Below are positions 22,101-30,690 of a stretch of DNA of 64,000 nucleotides, one piece after another. Every line of letters starts with the position of its first letter. The first letter of the stretch is position 1. The stretch is from Potamolinea sp. (GTDB lineage Bacteria; Cyanobacteriota; Cyanobacteriia; Cyanobacteriales; Coleofasciculaceae), in the NCBI GenBank assembly GCA_042408245.1, contig JAYFMV010000019.1:3511-67510 (forward strand), read 5' to 3'. Under the pieces are notes generated by a model. It was given only the letters and a program-made list of their open reading frames with translations, was not told where the DNA came from and searched no databases. The position numbers were made by a program, and so were the translations under genes.

Positions 22101-22622
22101 GGATTTTAAGAGCAAGCAAATGTTGAGCATTCCCTGAAACTTTCCTTCCCCATCTACCAAGGCCCAGTTCTCAGCAATAAGCCTTGGAGAGTGGGAAGAT
22201 GCGTCCATCCTTTTGCTTTCTTCCTCCCTAGTTGCCAATCCCCATTGCCCTTGATCTACTTCAGTCAGTCTCTCTCCAGACTTTTGTAAATATGCCCAGA
22301 ACTGTTCTAATTTCAGCTTTTCTGGTAGGATTACCAAAGGTTCAAGGAGCGGCGGATCTAGCTCAGAAAGAGGCTGGTGGAAATCAACAGAGGCGATCGC
22401 CACAGGAGTTTTCCCGTCATCAGCCGCTGGGAGCAGATAGGGCATTACCTGTCGCAGGTTGACCAATCCCAAGGGACGCTGCTGTTCGCTTACTACAACA
22501 ATTGCGTCACTCCCTGAAGACCTAAAAATCTCCAGCACGTCAGCGATACCACAAGTTGGTTCACAAACAGGAATGGCTTGAGCAAATTCTTTTAAGCTGG
22601 GAGTTGGCATTAACATGACCAT
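19155..22622 (-). CDS. multidomain hybrid sensor histidine kinase with three degenerate (pseudo-)receiver domains
   Basis: HisKA H-box EFLACISHELKTPLTAV and HATPase_c (G-box GTGLGLVLTQ). Three CheY-like folds follow in which the phospho-Asp position is not conserved, e.g. AILLNPLLPQLSGWD. Divergently transcribed from kaiA. Confidence 0.8.
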   Translation of the reverse strand: MVMLMPTPSLKEFAQAIPVCEPTCGIADVLEIFRSSGSDAIVVVSEQQRPLGLVNLRQVMPYLLPAADDGKTPVAIASVDFHQPLSELDPPLLEPLVILPEKLKLEQFWAYLQKSGERLTEVDQGQWGLATREEESKRMDASSHSPRLIAENWALVDGEGKFQGMLNICLLLKSLAPKLTATDVGASTLEEPEPAMLNSLVPLLEQLPLPLSIQTSTGQILAENLTWRTLIGTSPNLGCIRFSPAPGLDAPARELQSTQSSSVQQQNAATASVGRLGEAYASRLTKPVRRTSPNPLRNVTKQQYQPVAQAARERYCALDTPRMAATVSQLRSLLEEPPLLNFQDSPTAWEAFVPASEMRKNGIDRVFSFVKIPLPKSILKERDWIGQAGQLSYEIGENSSTNSYQSSQSPTTNLWLVLAQDTTEQQQVAQELTAKNADLVQLNRLKDEFLACISHELKTPLTAVLGLSTLLKDQTLGKLNDRQARYAKLIYQSGRQLMAVVNDILDLTRMETGQMELTLEPVQVQAVCDRAYSQALQRPSEKEPQDEESPEEIKFTLEIEPGLETLVADELRLRQMLMHLLSNALKFTEEGGEIGLRVSRWEGWIAFTVWDTGIGIPTEQQHLIFQKFQQLEKPLTRRFEGTGLGLVLTQRLARLHGGDVSFISKIGEGSQFTLLLPPCPPQASGNSEEDGEITQIPIPNPQCSIHNRLVLIVETVPRYLEGLTEQLRSFGYRVIIARSGTEAIEKARRFQPCAILLNPLLPQLSGWDVLTVLKSDAQTLHIPVLVTATQAEKQQAYHHKADGFLNLPVQEKALLHNLNCLCDSSPPTSSNLTILHLCPVGDDTRFHSSILSSEFTEFLSVQHSELNYRLLEADDLDQAELLSRIWRPDVILLDTVEIADPLNFLEEFSFYKALTSLPLVTLDRQTTEAANQLTGLTVYPCLTSDRTSKMPALLQVIQVAVGMTSKPSILVMDIGERSTQKAEVIPQCPQPSLVIGESAQGEGDSSKISTTPTSQASWLPAFIQYLQTAGFRSLLSSSWTEVYRQLQEQSVDLLVIRLRDINDSSTLVNELLSLTGLQTLPPILVLDHRLDSDSIREAIATSKASHLKQGKTNNRKSNSGLDALLKTLATKVLRGSSQSMSELLEQINQSLAQNR

Positions 22623-22935
22623 TCTTGCTGAATTTGAGCATAATCGCTGATTAAAGCTAGGGCCTCCCCGCTTGATTGAACTGAAAATGGGGTTGACTAT
22701 AGCCGCATCGCGTGAAGGAAAAATTTCGTCGGTTCTTTGAAGCAGTACAGCTCAATTATTGCTCTTGATTGGGAGTATATATCCCCTAGCAATTACAATT
22801 TCTTACAATTCTCAAATTCTTTAATTAATGTTAAGTATTTTTCTGAATAAATTGTTAAAATGTACCCCAATAGAGTGATGTTACACCCTAAATCGCGAAT
22901 AGTTCTTTTTAACACTTTTTTCAACATAAATCGTT

Positions 22936-23853
22936 TTGCATCCCCAACTGACTATCTGTACGTTTGTGCCTTCCGAATCCCTGACTCAGTCGTTGAGTCA
23001 GTTTTTGAGCAGCGAACGCTATATCTTGCACATCACTGTTTCAGAATCCGAGTTTTTCGAGTTTGTGGATCGACACAAGCAGCAGCTTGATTGTTTGGTT
23101 GTACAGGATGAACACTCATTATTGCCAGTACTCAACCGACTATACGAGCAAGGAACGCTGCTACCTGTTGTAATTTTTCCCCAGGAATTGGTAGAAGTCA
23201 CGTCTTGCGTTGCTAGCAATCAAGAGATCGAAACCAGTCAGACGCTGAATGAGGCCGAGGTGGCCAAATTAAATCATCTGTTCCATGCCGCTGAAGTCCG
23301 AGTCAATACTACCCAATTGCCTGAGATTAGGAGCTTTATTGAAAAAGCGATCGCTCAGTTTGTCTCTCTTTCTCCGGCCTATACCTTTCCCGATTGGTCT
23401 ACCACTGTCGAGCGCCAAACCGATCTGACCCCTAATAGTTTCCTCATCCAGCAGCAGTACCGATTATCTGAAAAACTCAAGGAAAGACTTGGATACCTGG
23501 GTGTGTATTACAAAAGAAATTCCCAGCTTTTTTTACGTAATCTAGCTCCAAAGCAAAGAGAAAAGCTTTTAGAAAAATTAAAATTCGGGTATCGTCAGAT
23601 CGTTTTAAAGTATTTTTCTCAAGAAGATTCCCTTAATCAACAAATCGATAGCTTTGTCGAGCAAGCATTTTTTGCTGATATTCCAGTCTCTAGGGTTGTG
23701 GAAATCCATATGGAACTAATGGAAGAATTCGCCAAGCAGTTGAAGCTAGAAGGGAGAAGCGAGGAGGTGTTACTAGATTATCGACTGACCCTGATCGATG
23801 TTATTGCTCACCTGGGCGAAATGTATCGACGGTCTATCCCTAGAGAGTTATAA
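22936..23853 (+). CDS. kaiA: circadian clock protein KaiA (full length, with N-terminal pseudo-receiver)
   Basis: The N-terminus is colinear with Synechococcus KaiA: LTICTFVPSESL vs IAICIWVESTAI, and KQQLDCLVV vs RDQIDCLIL. C-terminal HMELMEEFAKQLKLEG..LIDVIAHLGE. Gene order kaiA-kaiB-kaiC. Confidence 0.85.
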   Translation: MHPQLTICTFVPSESLTQSLSQFLSSERYILHITVSESEFFEFVDRHKQQLDCLVVQDEHSLLPVLNRLYEQGTLLPVVIFPQELVEVTSCVASNQEIETSQTLNEAEVAKLNHLFHAAEVRVNTTQLPEIRSFIEKAIAQFVSLSPAYTFPDWSTTVERQTDLTPNSFLIQQQYRLSEKLKERLGYLGVYYKRNSQLFLRNLAPKQREKLLEKLKFGYRQIVLKYFSQEDSLNQQIDSFVEQAFFADIPVSRVVEIHMELMEEFAKQLKLEGRSEEVLLDYRLTLIDVIAHLGEMYRRSIPREL

Positions 23854-23992
23854 TACAAACCTTTAGCTATCAGCTTTTAGCGCTAAGCTTGAAGAAAGCT
23901 CTTAAATTTACCTAGTTTTTGAGTTGATTTTCGGATGACCTTGTATTCTTAACCTGTATACTTGCTGATTGCTTATAGCAACTTACAAAATT

Positions 23993-24307
23993 ATGAGTCC
24001 GTTAAAAAAAACTTATGTTCTCAAGCTTTATGTAGCTGGAAACACTCCCCACTCTATTAACGCTTTGAAAACACTTAAAAACATCCTAGAACAAGAATTT
24101 CAAGGAGTTTACGCCCTAAAAGTGATTGATGTCCTAAAAAGCCCACAGCTAGCTGAGGAAGACAAAATCTTGGCTACACCAACTTTGTCCAAAGTCTTAC
24201 CTCCACCTGTCCGAAAAATCATTGGTGACCTTTCGGACAGGGAAAAAGTTTTGATAGGCTTAGATCTTCTTTATGAAGAACTGCGAGAAGAGGAATTAGA
24301 TTTTTAG
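23993..24307 (+). CDS. kaiB: circadian clock protein KaiB
   Basis: [49 protein letters not shown] is near-identical to KaiB. The upstream in-frame M at 23969 is unlikely to be the start. Confidence 0.95.
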   Translation: MSPLKKTYVLKLYVAGNTPHSINALKTLKNILEQEFQGVYALKVIDVLKSPQLAEEDKILATPTLSKVLPPPVRKIIGDLSDREKVLIGLDLLYEELREEELDF

Positions 24308-24386
24308 TTAAACGTCCAAGACTATAGTAGAGTAGCCTTGAATATTCTAGTCAAACCATTGGGTCTGATTAGAGAAAAAACTTTTT

Positions 24387-25964
24387 TTGACAATAACAGA
24401 AAACATGAATCAATCTAAAAAAACTGAACAAAAGCCTGACACTTTAACATCGGTAGGAGTCCATAAAATAAGGACGATGATCGAAGGTTTCGATGATATT
24501 AGTCATGGAGGTTTACCGATTGGGCGCACCACCATCGTCAGCGGAACATCTGGCACCGGAAAAACGCTGTTAGCGATTCAGTTTCTCTATAACGGAATTG
24601 CCTATTTTGATGAGCCTGGTGTATTTGTAACTTTTGAAGAATCTCCCACAGATATCATTAAAAATGCTTACAGTTTTGGTTGGGATTTACAACAATTAGT
24701 TAATGATGGCAAGCTATTTATTTTAGATGCCTCACCAGATCCAGAAGGACAAGAAGTTGTCGGAAACTTTGACCTTTCTGCCTTAATTGAACGCATTCAA
24801 TACGCCATTCGTAAATATAAAGCCAAGCGAGTTTCTGTTGATTCAATTACTGCAATCTTTCAACAATACGATGCTGCTTCAGTAGTAAGAAGAGAGATTT
24901 TTCGCTTAGTTGCACGTCTCAAACAAATTGGCGTGACAACAGTAATGACAACAGAAAGAGTTGAGGAATATGGTCCAGTAGCCAGATTTGGAGTGGAAGA
25001 ATTTGTCTCCGATAATGTGGCAATTGTTCGTAACGTCCTAGAAGGGGAACGTCGTCGTCGTACCATAGAAATTCTCAAGCTGCGTGGTACAACCCACATG
25101 AAGGGCGAATACCCTTTTACTATGACTAACCAGGGTATTAATATCTTCCCGTTAGGAGCAATGCGCTTGACTCAGCGTTCTTCCAATGTTCGCGTATCTT
25201 CAGGTGTTGAAACTCTTGATAAAATGTGCGGTGGTGGTTTTTTCAAAGATTCAATTATTCTGGCAACTGGTGCTACTGGTACTGGCAAAACTTTGCTGGT
25301 TAGTAAGTTTATCGAAAATGCTTGCTCGCGAGGCGATCGCGCTATTCTTTTTGCCTATGAAGAATCTCGCGCTCAGTTGTCTCGTAATGCTTATTCCTGG
25401 GGTATTGATTTTGAGGAAATGGAACAAAATGGTCTACTAAAAATCCTTTGCACTTACCCAGAATCATCAGGACTAGAAGACCATTTACAAATTATTAAAT
25501 CGGAAATTGCTGAATTTAAGCCTTCTCGAATTGCGATAGATTCCCTTTCTGCTTTAGCGCGAGGAGTTAGTAATAACGCTTTCCGGCAATTTGTGATTGG
25601 CGTTACTGGTTATGCAAAACAAGAAGAAATTACGGGATTTTTCACTAATACTACTGACCAGTTTATGGGGTCTAATTCAATTACAGATTCTCATATTTCC
25701 ACGATTACTGACACAATTTTGATGCTGCAATACGTGGAAATTCGCGGAGAAATGGCTCGTGCTATCAACGTTTTCAAAATGCGTGGTTCTTGGCACGATA
25801 CAGGTATTCGTGAGTACACTATTAGTGAAGATGGGCCAGATATCAAGGATTCATTCCGCAACTACGAAAGAATTATCAGTGGTTCTCCCACTCGTATTCC
25901 TGTGGATGAAAAGAGCGAACTTTCCCGAATTGTTCGAGGTGTACGCGAAAAATTAGAGGAATAA
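24387..25964 (+). CDS. kaiC: circadian clock protein KaiC
   Basis: Duplicated RecA-like domains, Walker A GTSGTGKT and GATGTGKT, C-terminus SFRNYERIISGSPTRIPVDEKSELSRIV. Colinear with S. elongatus KaiC along its length. Confidence 0.97.
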   Translation: MTITENMNQSKKTEQKPDTLTSVGVHKIRTMIEGFDDISHGGLPIGRTTIVSGTSGTGKTLLAIQFLYNGIAYFDEPGVFVTFEESPTDIIKNAYSFGWDLQQLVNDGKLFILDASPDPEGQEVVGNFDLSALIERIQYAIRKYKAKRVSVDSITAIFQQYDAASVVRREIFRLVARLKQIGVTTVMTTERVEEYGPVARFGVEEFVSDNVAIVRNVLEGERRRRTIEILKLRGTTHMKGEYPFTMTNQGINIFPLGAMRLTQRSSNVRVSSGVETLDKMCGGGFFKDSIILATGATGTGKTLLVSKFIENACSRGDRAILFAYEESRAQLSRNAYSWGIDFEEMEQNGLLKILCTYPESSGLEDHLQIIKSEIAEFKPSRIAIDSLSALARGVSNNAFRQFVIGVTGYAKQEEITGFFTNTTDQFMGSNSITDSHISTITDTILMLQYVEIRGEMARAINVFKMRGSWHDTGIREYTISEDGPDIKDSFRNYERIISGSPTRIPVDEKSELSRIVRGVREKLEE

Positions 25965-26089
25965 TTTCCTACTTCCGGGAAGCCAGTACATTGATCTTCC
26001 TGAACTGTTAAAACGTCTACACCTCGCATACGCAACCCAGCAGTAATTGCTCGGTGTATGTGTTCATCCATGTAGAAAGCTAGACTCAC
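25862..26089 (-). pseudogene. DUF5615 (PIN-like/Mut7-C) fragment, probable truncated toxin remnant
   Basis: The first ~35 codons (MDEHIHRAITAGLRMRGVDVLTVQED) match DUF5615. The remainder runs antisense into the kaiC 3' end with no family similarity. It is immediately downstream of its usual partner DUF433. Confidence 0.4.
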
Positions 26090-26430
26090 TTCAATAGTCC
26101 CTGTGTCCGTAGTCTAACAACAAAAGGAGATTCGCCTGCTTCTTTGCATAACTTTTGGGCATATTCTCCTCGTCGCTGGATATCTAGATCAAGTTCCTCT
26201 TTGTTATCCCAGTAATAAGCTAATGCTGAATAAATTTGGCTCATTGTTAAATAGGGATGTTGAAATTGTAACTCTTCAGGACTCCAACCATAGGCGATTT
26301 GAGCCATTACTAATTCAACTACTTTCATCGTAGTTCCAGCAATGATTGGGACATTACCTTCATTCAGTTGTACATATTTATGGGGAGTCGTTATAGATGT
26401 CATTATTATCTGTCTGATTTGATTCCTCAA
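26086..26430 (-). CDS. DUF433 domain protein (antitoxin-like partner of DUF5615)
   Basis: 114-aa ORF with a DUF433-like core. Its stop overlaps the DUF5615 start. Confidence 0.65.
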   Translation of the reverse strand: MRNQIRQIIMTSITTPHKYVQLNEGNVPIIAGTTMKVVELVMAQIAYGWSPEELQFQHPYLTMSQIYSALAYYWDNKEELDLDIQRRGEYAQKLCKEAGESPFVVRLRTQGLLK

Positions 26431-26471
26431 TTGTAATTATCGCCTTTCCTCTCTCGTCATCAGTCACAACC

Positions 26472-26768
26472 TTAGTTTCGCAAAATATACTGACTAATAA
26501 CTTCTTTAAGTTCTTGAGGTGCTTCAATGGCTATAGCTGCTCCCAAATCAGGACGCACAACCCACCACCAAACTAAGGTTTCCATCTGATTGGGTGGCTC
26601 TTCATTGGGACACCATTCGATAGACGATTCATTCACGCCAATAATATTGGCACACAGGTCATTGGCGATGGTGACACGTTCATCAAGTTGCTCAAACTGT
26701 ATGATGTCTTGCCACTCAACTTGATTGGGAATTGAATTTAAAATTGATTGTACGTCTATGGTAAGCAT
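26472..26768 (-). CDS. small acidic protein, candidate immunity protein for the upstream nuclease
   Basis: 98 aa. Its start overlaps the nuclease stop as TAATG, indicating translational coupling. No recognisable family. Confidence 0.45.
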   Translation of the reverse strand: MLTIDVQSILNSIPNQVEWQDIIQFEQLDERVTIANDLCANIIGVNESSIEWCPNEEPPNQMETLVWWWVVRPDLGAAIAIEAPQELKEVISQYILRN

Positions 26769-27178
26769 TAAACTATACCTCCAAAAGCTTTAATAACTCT
26801 CATACCAAAGTCTTGTTGTTCTTCAAAAGATTGAGTACTCAGCCATTCTCTAACCGTGATATTTGTTGATTCAGTTAGATTAGGTTGTACAGAGTTGTAG
26901 AAGTTGGTGATTTCCTGATGAATTGAACCTTTTCCATGTGCAAGTCGGACGAGATTACCTGTATTATGAATGGCTTCAACTCCAAATCTTTGTAGATTTG
27001 AGGTAGTTTGCCCGACAATATGATGCCAAGCTTGTCCTGTACCAGCAGCACCCATTGTTCTTTTAAATTCACCAAATGTTTTAAAGCCTTGACCAGACCT
27101 TTTAGGGGGAATTACTGCTCTTAATTCTAGTTCTCTAGCCAGTTGTCTAGCTATCTCCTGTCTGGTTTCGTCTGTCAC
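26768..27178 (-). CDS. standalone HNH/EndoVII-fold nuclease of the WHH type (polymorphic-toxin-like module)
   Basis: GQAWHHIVGQ...GVEAIHNTGNLVRLAHGKGSIH, i.e. W-H-H, then N and a distal H in HNH spacing. GTG start, with a TAA stop directly upstream in frame. Confidence 0.6.
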   Translation of the reverse strand: MTDETRQEIARQLARELELRAVIPPKRSGQGFKTFGEFKRTMGAAGTGQAWHHIVGQTTSNLQRFGVEAIHNTGNLVRLAHGKGSIHQEITNFYNSVQPNLTESTNITVREWLSTQSFEEQQDFGMRVIKAFGGIV

Positions 27179-27236
27179 TTATGTTGGTTTGATGGCACGG
27201 CTCCATTTTAATCATATCTTTTACGGTGATTGGGTT

Positions 27237-28865
27237 TTAAAAAGGGCGATTATCACGCAGAATTTGCAGATTCTTACGGATGGTAACAGTATTGGGATGA
27301 TTTGTTCCTAATCTTCGTTGGGCAATCTCTAAAGCTTGCAGATACAAAGGTTCAGCTTCAGTGTAGCGTCCTTGAGATTTGTAGAGACCTGCCAAGTTGT
27401 TGAGACTGGTAGCGACAGCGGGATGGTCTTCTCCCAGAAGGCGTTTTGTCAACTCTAAAGCTTGCAGATACAAAGGTTCAGCTTCAGTGTAGCGTCCTTG
27501 AGAATTGTAGAGACCTGCCAAGTTGTTGAGACTGGTAGCGACAGCGGGATGGTCTTCTCCCAGAAGGCGTTTTGTCAACTCTAAAGCTTGCAGATACAAA
27601 GGTTCAGCTTCACTGTAGCGTCCTTGAGATTCGTAGAGTGCTGCCAAATTGTTGAGACTGGTAGCGACATTGGGATGGTCTTCTCCCAGAAGGCGTTTCC
27701 ACAACTCTAAAGCTTGCAGATACAAAGGTTCAGCTTCAGTGTAGCGTCCTTGAGATTTGTAGAGGTATGCCAAGTTGTTGAGACTGGAAGCGACATCGGG
27801 ATGGTCTTCTCCCAGAAGGCGTTTGGTCAACTCTAAAGCTTGCAGATACAAAGGTTCAGCTTCAGTGTAGCGTCCTTGAGATTTGTAGAGGTATGCCAAG
27901 TTGTTGAGACTGGAAGCGACATCGGGATGGTCTTCTCCCAGAAGGCGTTTGGTCAACTCTAAAGCTTGCAGATACAAAGGTTCAGCTTCAGTGTAGCGTC
28001 CTTGAGAATTGTAGAGACCTGCCAAGTTGTTGAGACTGGTAGCTAAATCCTCCTCTAAACCAAACTCTTTTTGTAAATCAATTGCTTTGCCAAGATACTG
28101 GATTGCTAGAATTTGTTCCTGCTGATAATCCTGCGATTCTCCCTGGTCTAATCTTTTTTTATAAATGCTTCCCATTCTGAAATAAAAATCCGCCAAACTA
28201 GGGTCTTTTTTCCCCCTTTGCTGTTCAATTTTTCTAATTAATTCCTGCAAGTCTTTTAGGGGTATCAACGAAGTGCCATCTTCATCTGTACCCAAGAATT
28301 TCTGTTCTTCTGGAGTCAAGCGTAAGTCAGTAAATTCTTTCCTTAAAACTGCACTTCTCTTTTTAGAAGCAAACCGAAAAACACCCTTGCGCCAACTCCA
28401 AAAATCCAGAGCTTTTTTACTCAAACTTGCCTGAATTTGATTCGTCATCCAGATCACAATTGGAAAAGGAAACTCTCGCATTCCTTCCCGCGTCCACTGT
28501 AAATAACCGAAAAAAAGATCTTGCTCTGAGCGTTTTTCACCAAGTTTCAAAAAGTAAAACTGCTCGATACCCGTCACCGTCAAAACCGCTTGTCCACCCT
28601 GACGCAGATACTCATCTTTTGCCACTAACTCAGCAATAGCCGCCCTCAGACTAGGTTCCCTGCGTGCTAATGTTACCCGATAGGGACGCATCTCTGGCTG
28701 CAATTCTGCCTCATATCGTTGAATTATCTGCTCACGGAAATCAAGCTGATCACATACTGCAATCAACAAGCTCAACTTTCCCTGACTTGCTTCAATTGAA
28801 ACCAGCAAATCATCATAACTATCTTCATTTTGATCTGTCGTATCTGGGAAAGATTGAGTGTCCAT
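27237..28865 (-). CDS. TPR (kinesin-light-chain type, TPR_10/12) repeat protein with uncharacterised 280-aa N-terminal domain
   Basis: Six near-identical 42-aa repeats LNNLAxLYxSQGRYTEAEPLYLQALELTKRLLGEDHP. The start ATG abuts the upstream ATPase stop (TAAATG). Confidence 0.8.
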   Translation of the reverse strand: MDTQSFPDTTDQNEDSYDDLLVSIEASQGKLSLLIAVCDQLDFREQIIQRYEAELQPEMRPYRVTLARREPSLRAAIAELVAKDEYLRQGGQAVLTVTGIEQFYFLKLGEKRSEQDLFFGYLQWTREGMREFPFPIVIWMTNQIQASLSKKALDFWSWRKGVFRFASKKRSAVLRKEFTDLRLTPEEQKFLGTDEDGTSLIPLKDLQELIRKIEQQRGKKDPSLADFYFRMGSIYKKRLDQGESQDYQQEQILAIQYLGKAIDLQKEFGLEEDLATSLNNLAGLYNSQGRYTEAEPLYLQALELTKRLLGEDHPDVASSLNNLAYLYKSQGRYTEAEPLYLQALELTKRLLGEDHPDVASSLNNLAYLYKSQGRYTEAEPLYLQALELWKRLLGEDHPNVATSLNNLAALYESQGRYSEAEPLYLQALELTKRLLGEDHPAVATSLNNLAGLYNSQGRYTEAEPLYLQALELTKRLLGEDHPAVATSLNNLAGLYKSQGRYTEAEPLYLQALEIAQRRLGTNHPNTVTIRKNLQILRDNRPF

Positions 28866-30152
28866 TTAAATGTGTCCTCTTTCTTGCAGCAGTTCAGTCA
28901 CAATCGGGTGAACATCGTACCAAAGTTTAGCATTCCTATACTCTAAAATATACAAGCCATGTAGTAAATCCAGAAACTTTTGTTCTTTCGGATCATTGGG
29001 TCGAGATTCCTTGTAAGTTGTTTCTAAAATCTGGTAATCATCTGTACCAATCCGAGTATCGAAATCAAGACTGAGTTTAGTAATAGCTTCCTTGAGAATT
29101 GCCTCATTGATTTTAATATCAGTACGTTCAGGGTAACGCCGAACTAAGCGTAGGCAAATCCGACAACATTCATTGGCAATTCTGATTAACTCCCGCAAGA
29201 CTCCACCGCTATAAATAATAATTTGCTGGGCTGTTTGTTCTTCAATCAATTCATGGGTGAGCCGTTTGTTGAGAATTTCGCAAAGCCTTGCGGTTGGTTC
29301 GGCTTTTGGGACAGCATTCGGTTGACGACGTTCTCCCATAGCAAAGAGTTTTGAGACTGGCATGGGGATAATTTGATTATTCGTCTCTGTCTCAATCAGA
29401 GACATCAGAGAAACTTCTCTTAAGGCAGCAATAGGTATGGTAAAAATAATCCTAAAGTTAGGTTGAAATAATGCCTTAATATGCTCTTGGAATACTTCTC
29501 TTACCAGTTCCAAGTCTAATTTATCTAAGTCGTCAATAATAACCACAATATCTTGATTTGTTGCTGCATAAACAACAGCAGCAATTTCATTGATGCGAGC
29601 AATTAAATCAGAGACTTTGCGGGCAAATTCTTGCTTAATTTCGTTACGAGTAGAGGCATCTGCTTTGAGCTTACCAGAAATTAGTTTGAATAAATTAAAG
29701 CCAACCGAACCTTCAGCTTTGTACTCTTCTGTTTTAATCTGAGTCCGATTAGCAAACCATTGATAAAAAGCATCTTTAGTTGTTTGTTTAATGTTGACTT
29801 GCCGTTTTTCTGCTTGCTCCATGAGGCGAACTGCAATGGCAAAAAGAATATTAATATGATTGACATCTGACATTTCAATCATGTCGGAAATTGAGAAAAT
29901 GACAACAAAATATCTGTCCCCAATTCGCCGACTCAACTCAGAAAGTAAGGTAGATTTACCACAGCCACGATGACCTGTGAAAACAATTTTTCCGTCACCT
30001 GAAGGACTATCTTCAACCAGTTGTTCTAGTTCTTCAATAACTTCAGTACCGTACTCTACTTTAAATTTTTCTAATTCTTTTTGCTCCAAAAGTGGCAGCA
30101 ATTCCAAGTTTCTGTAGGCTTCTCGAAAAGACTCTAATAATTCGTTAGGCAT
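28866..30152 (-). CDS. P-loop NTPase, STAND/AAA_16-like
   Basis: Walker A GHRGCGKSTLL, Walker B IVVIIDDLDKLD, then a helical C-terminal half. Co-transcribed with the TPR gene. Confidence 0.75.
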   Translation of the reverse strand: MPNELLESFREAYRNLELLPLLEQKELEKFKVEYGTEVIEELEQLVEDSPSGDGKIVFTGHRGCGKSTLLSELSRRIGDRYFVVIFSISDMIEMSDVNHINILFAIAVRLMEQAEKRQVNIKQTTKDAFYQWFANRTQIKTEEYKAEGSVGFNLFKLISGKLKADASTRNEIKQEFARKVSDLIARINEIAAVVYAATNQDIVVIIDDLDKLDLELVREVFQEHIKALFQPNFRIIFTIPIAALREVSLMSLIETETNNQIIPMPVSKLFAMGERRQPNAVPKAEPTARLCEILNKRLTHELIEEQTAQQIIIYSGGVLRELIRIANECCRICLRLVRRYPERTDIKINEAILKEAITKLSLDFDTRIGTDDYQILETTYKESRPNDPKEQKFLDLLHGLYILEYRNAKLWYDVHPIVTELLQERGHI

Positions 30153-30222
30153 GATGTTAGGTTAAATGTGAGCTAACTACTCATATCATGCCGCAGCCTG
30201 ACAGTTCTAGATTGTTAAGGAA

Positions 30223-30690
30223 GAAGTCCGACACCCTCAAGGGTGCGGCTACCTGAACAAAGTCCGCCTGCGCGGACTAAATGCCCAAGACTTGTGATAG
30301 CCTGCGTAGGCAGGCTTGGTTCCTGTAGCCCCAGGCTTAAGCCTGCGGGGCTTTTGAGCAACTAAATGCCGAACAATGGTGATCTAAGCCCGACACCCTC
30401 AAGGGTGCGGAACCACACGAACAAAGTCCGCCTGCGCGGACTAAATGCCCAAGACTTGTGATAGCCTGCGTAGGCAGGCTTGGTTCCTGTAGCCCCAGGC
30501 TTAAGCCTGCGGGGCTTTTGAGCAACTAAATGCCGAACAATGGTGATCTAAGCCCGACACCCTCAAGGGTGCGGAACCACACGAACAAAGTCCGCCTGCG
30601 CGGACTAAATGCCCAAGACTTGTGATAGCCTGCGTAGGCAGGCTTGGTTCCTGTAGCCCCAGGCTTCAGCCTGCGGGACTTTGATGAGAA
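30223..30690. repeat. three tandem copies of a ~163-bp unit rich in internal hairpins
   Basis: Units start at 30223, 30386 and 30550. Copies 2 and 3 are near-identical. Internal palindromes include caccctcaagggtg, gtccgcctgcgcggac, agcctgcgtaggcaggct and caggcttaagcctg. The last copy overlaps the final 8 codons of the MVP homolog. Confidence 0.9.

Noticed and set aside
22860-23090. 76-aa ORF overlapping the kaiA start in another frame
   Set aside because: The kaiA frame starting at 22936 aligns with the KaiA N-terminus. This ORF is an overlapping alternative frame.
30223-30690. Possible CRISPR array
   Set aside because: The units are ~163 bp and tandem, with no unique spacers between short repeats and no cas genes. 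This is a structured tandem repeat, not CRISPR.
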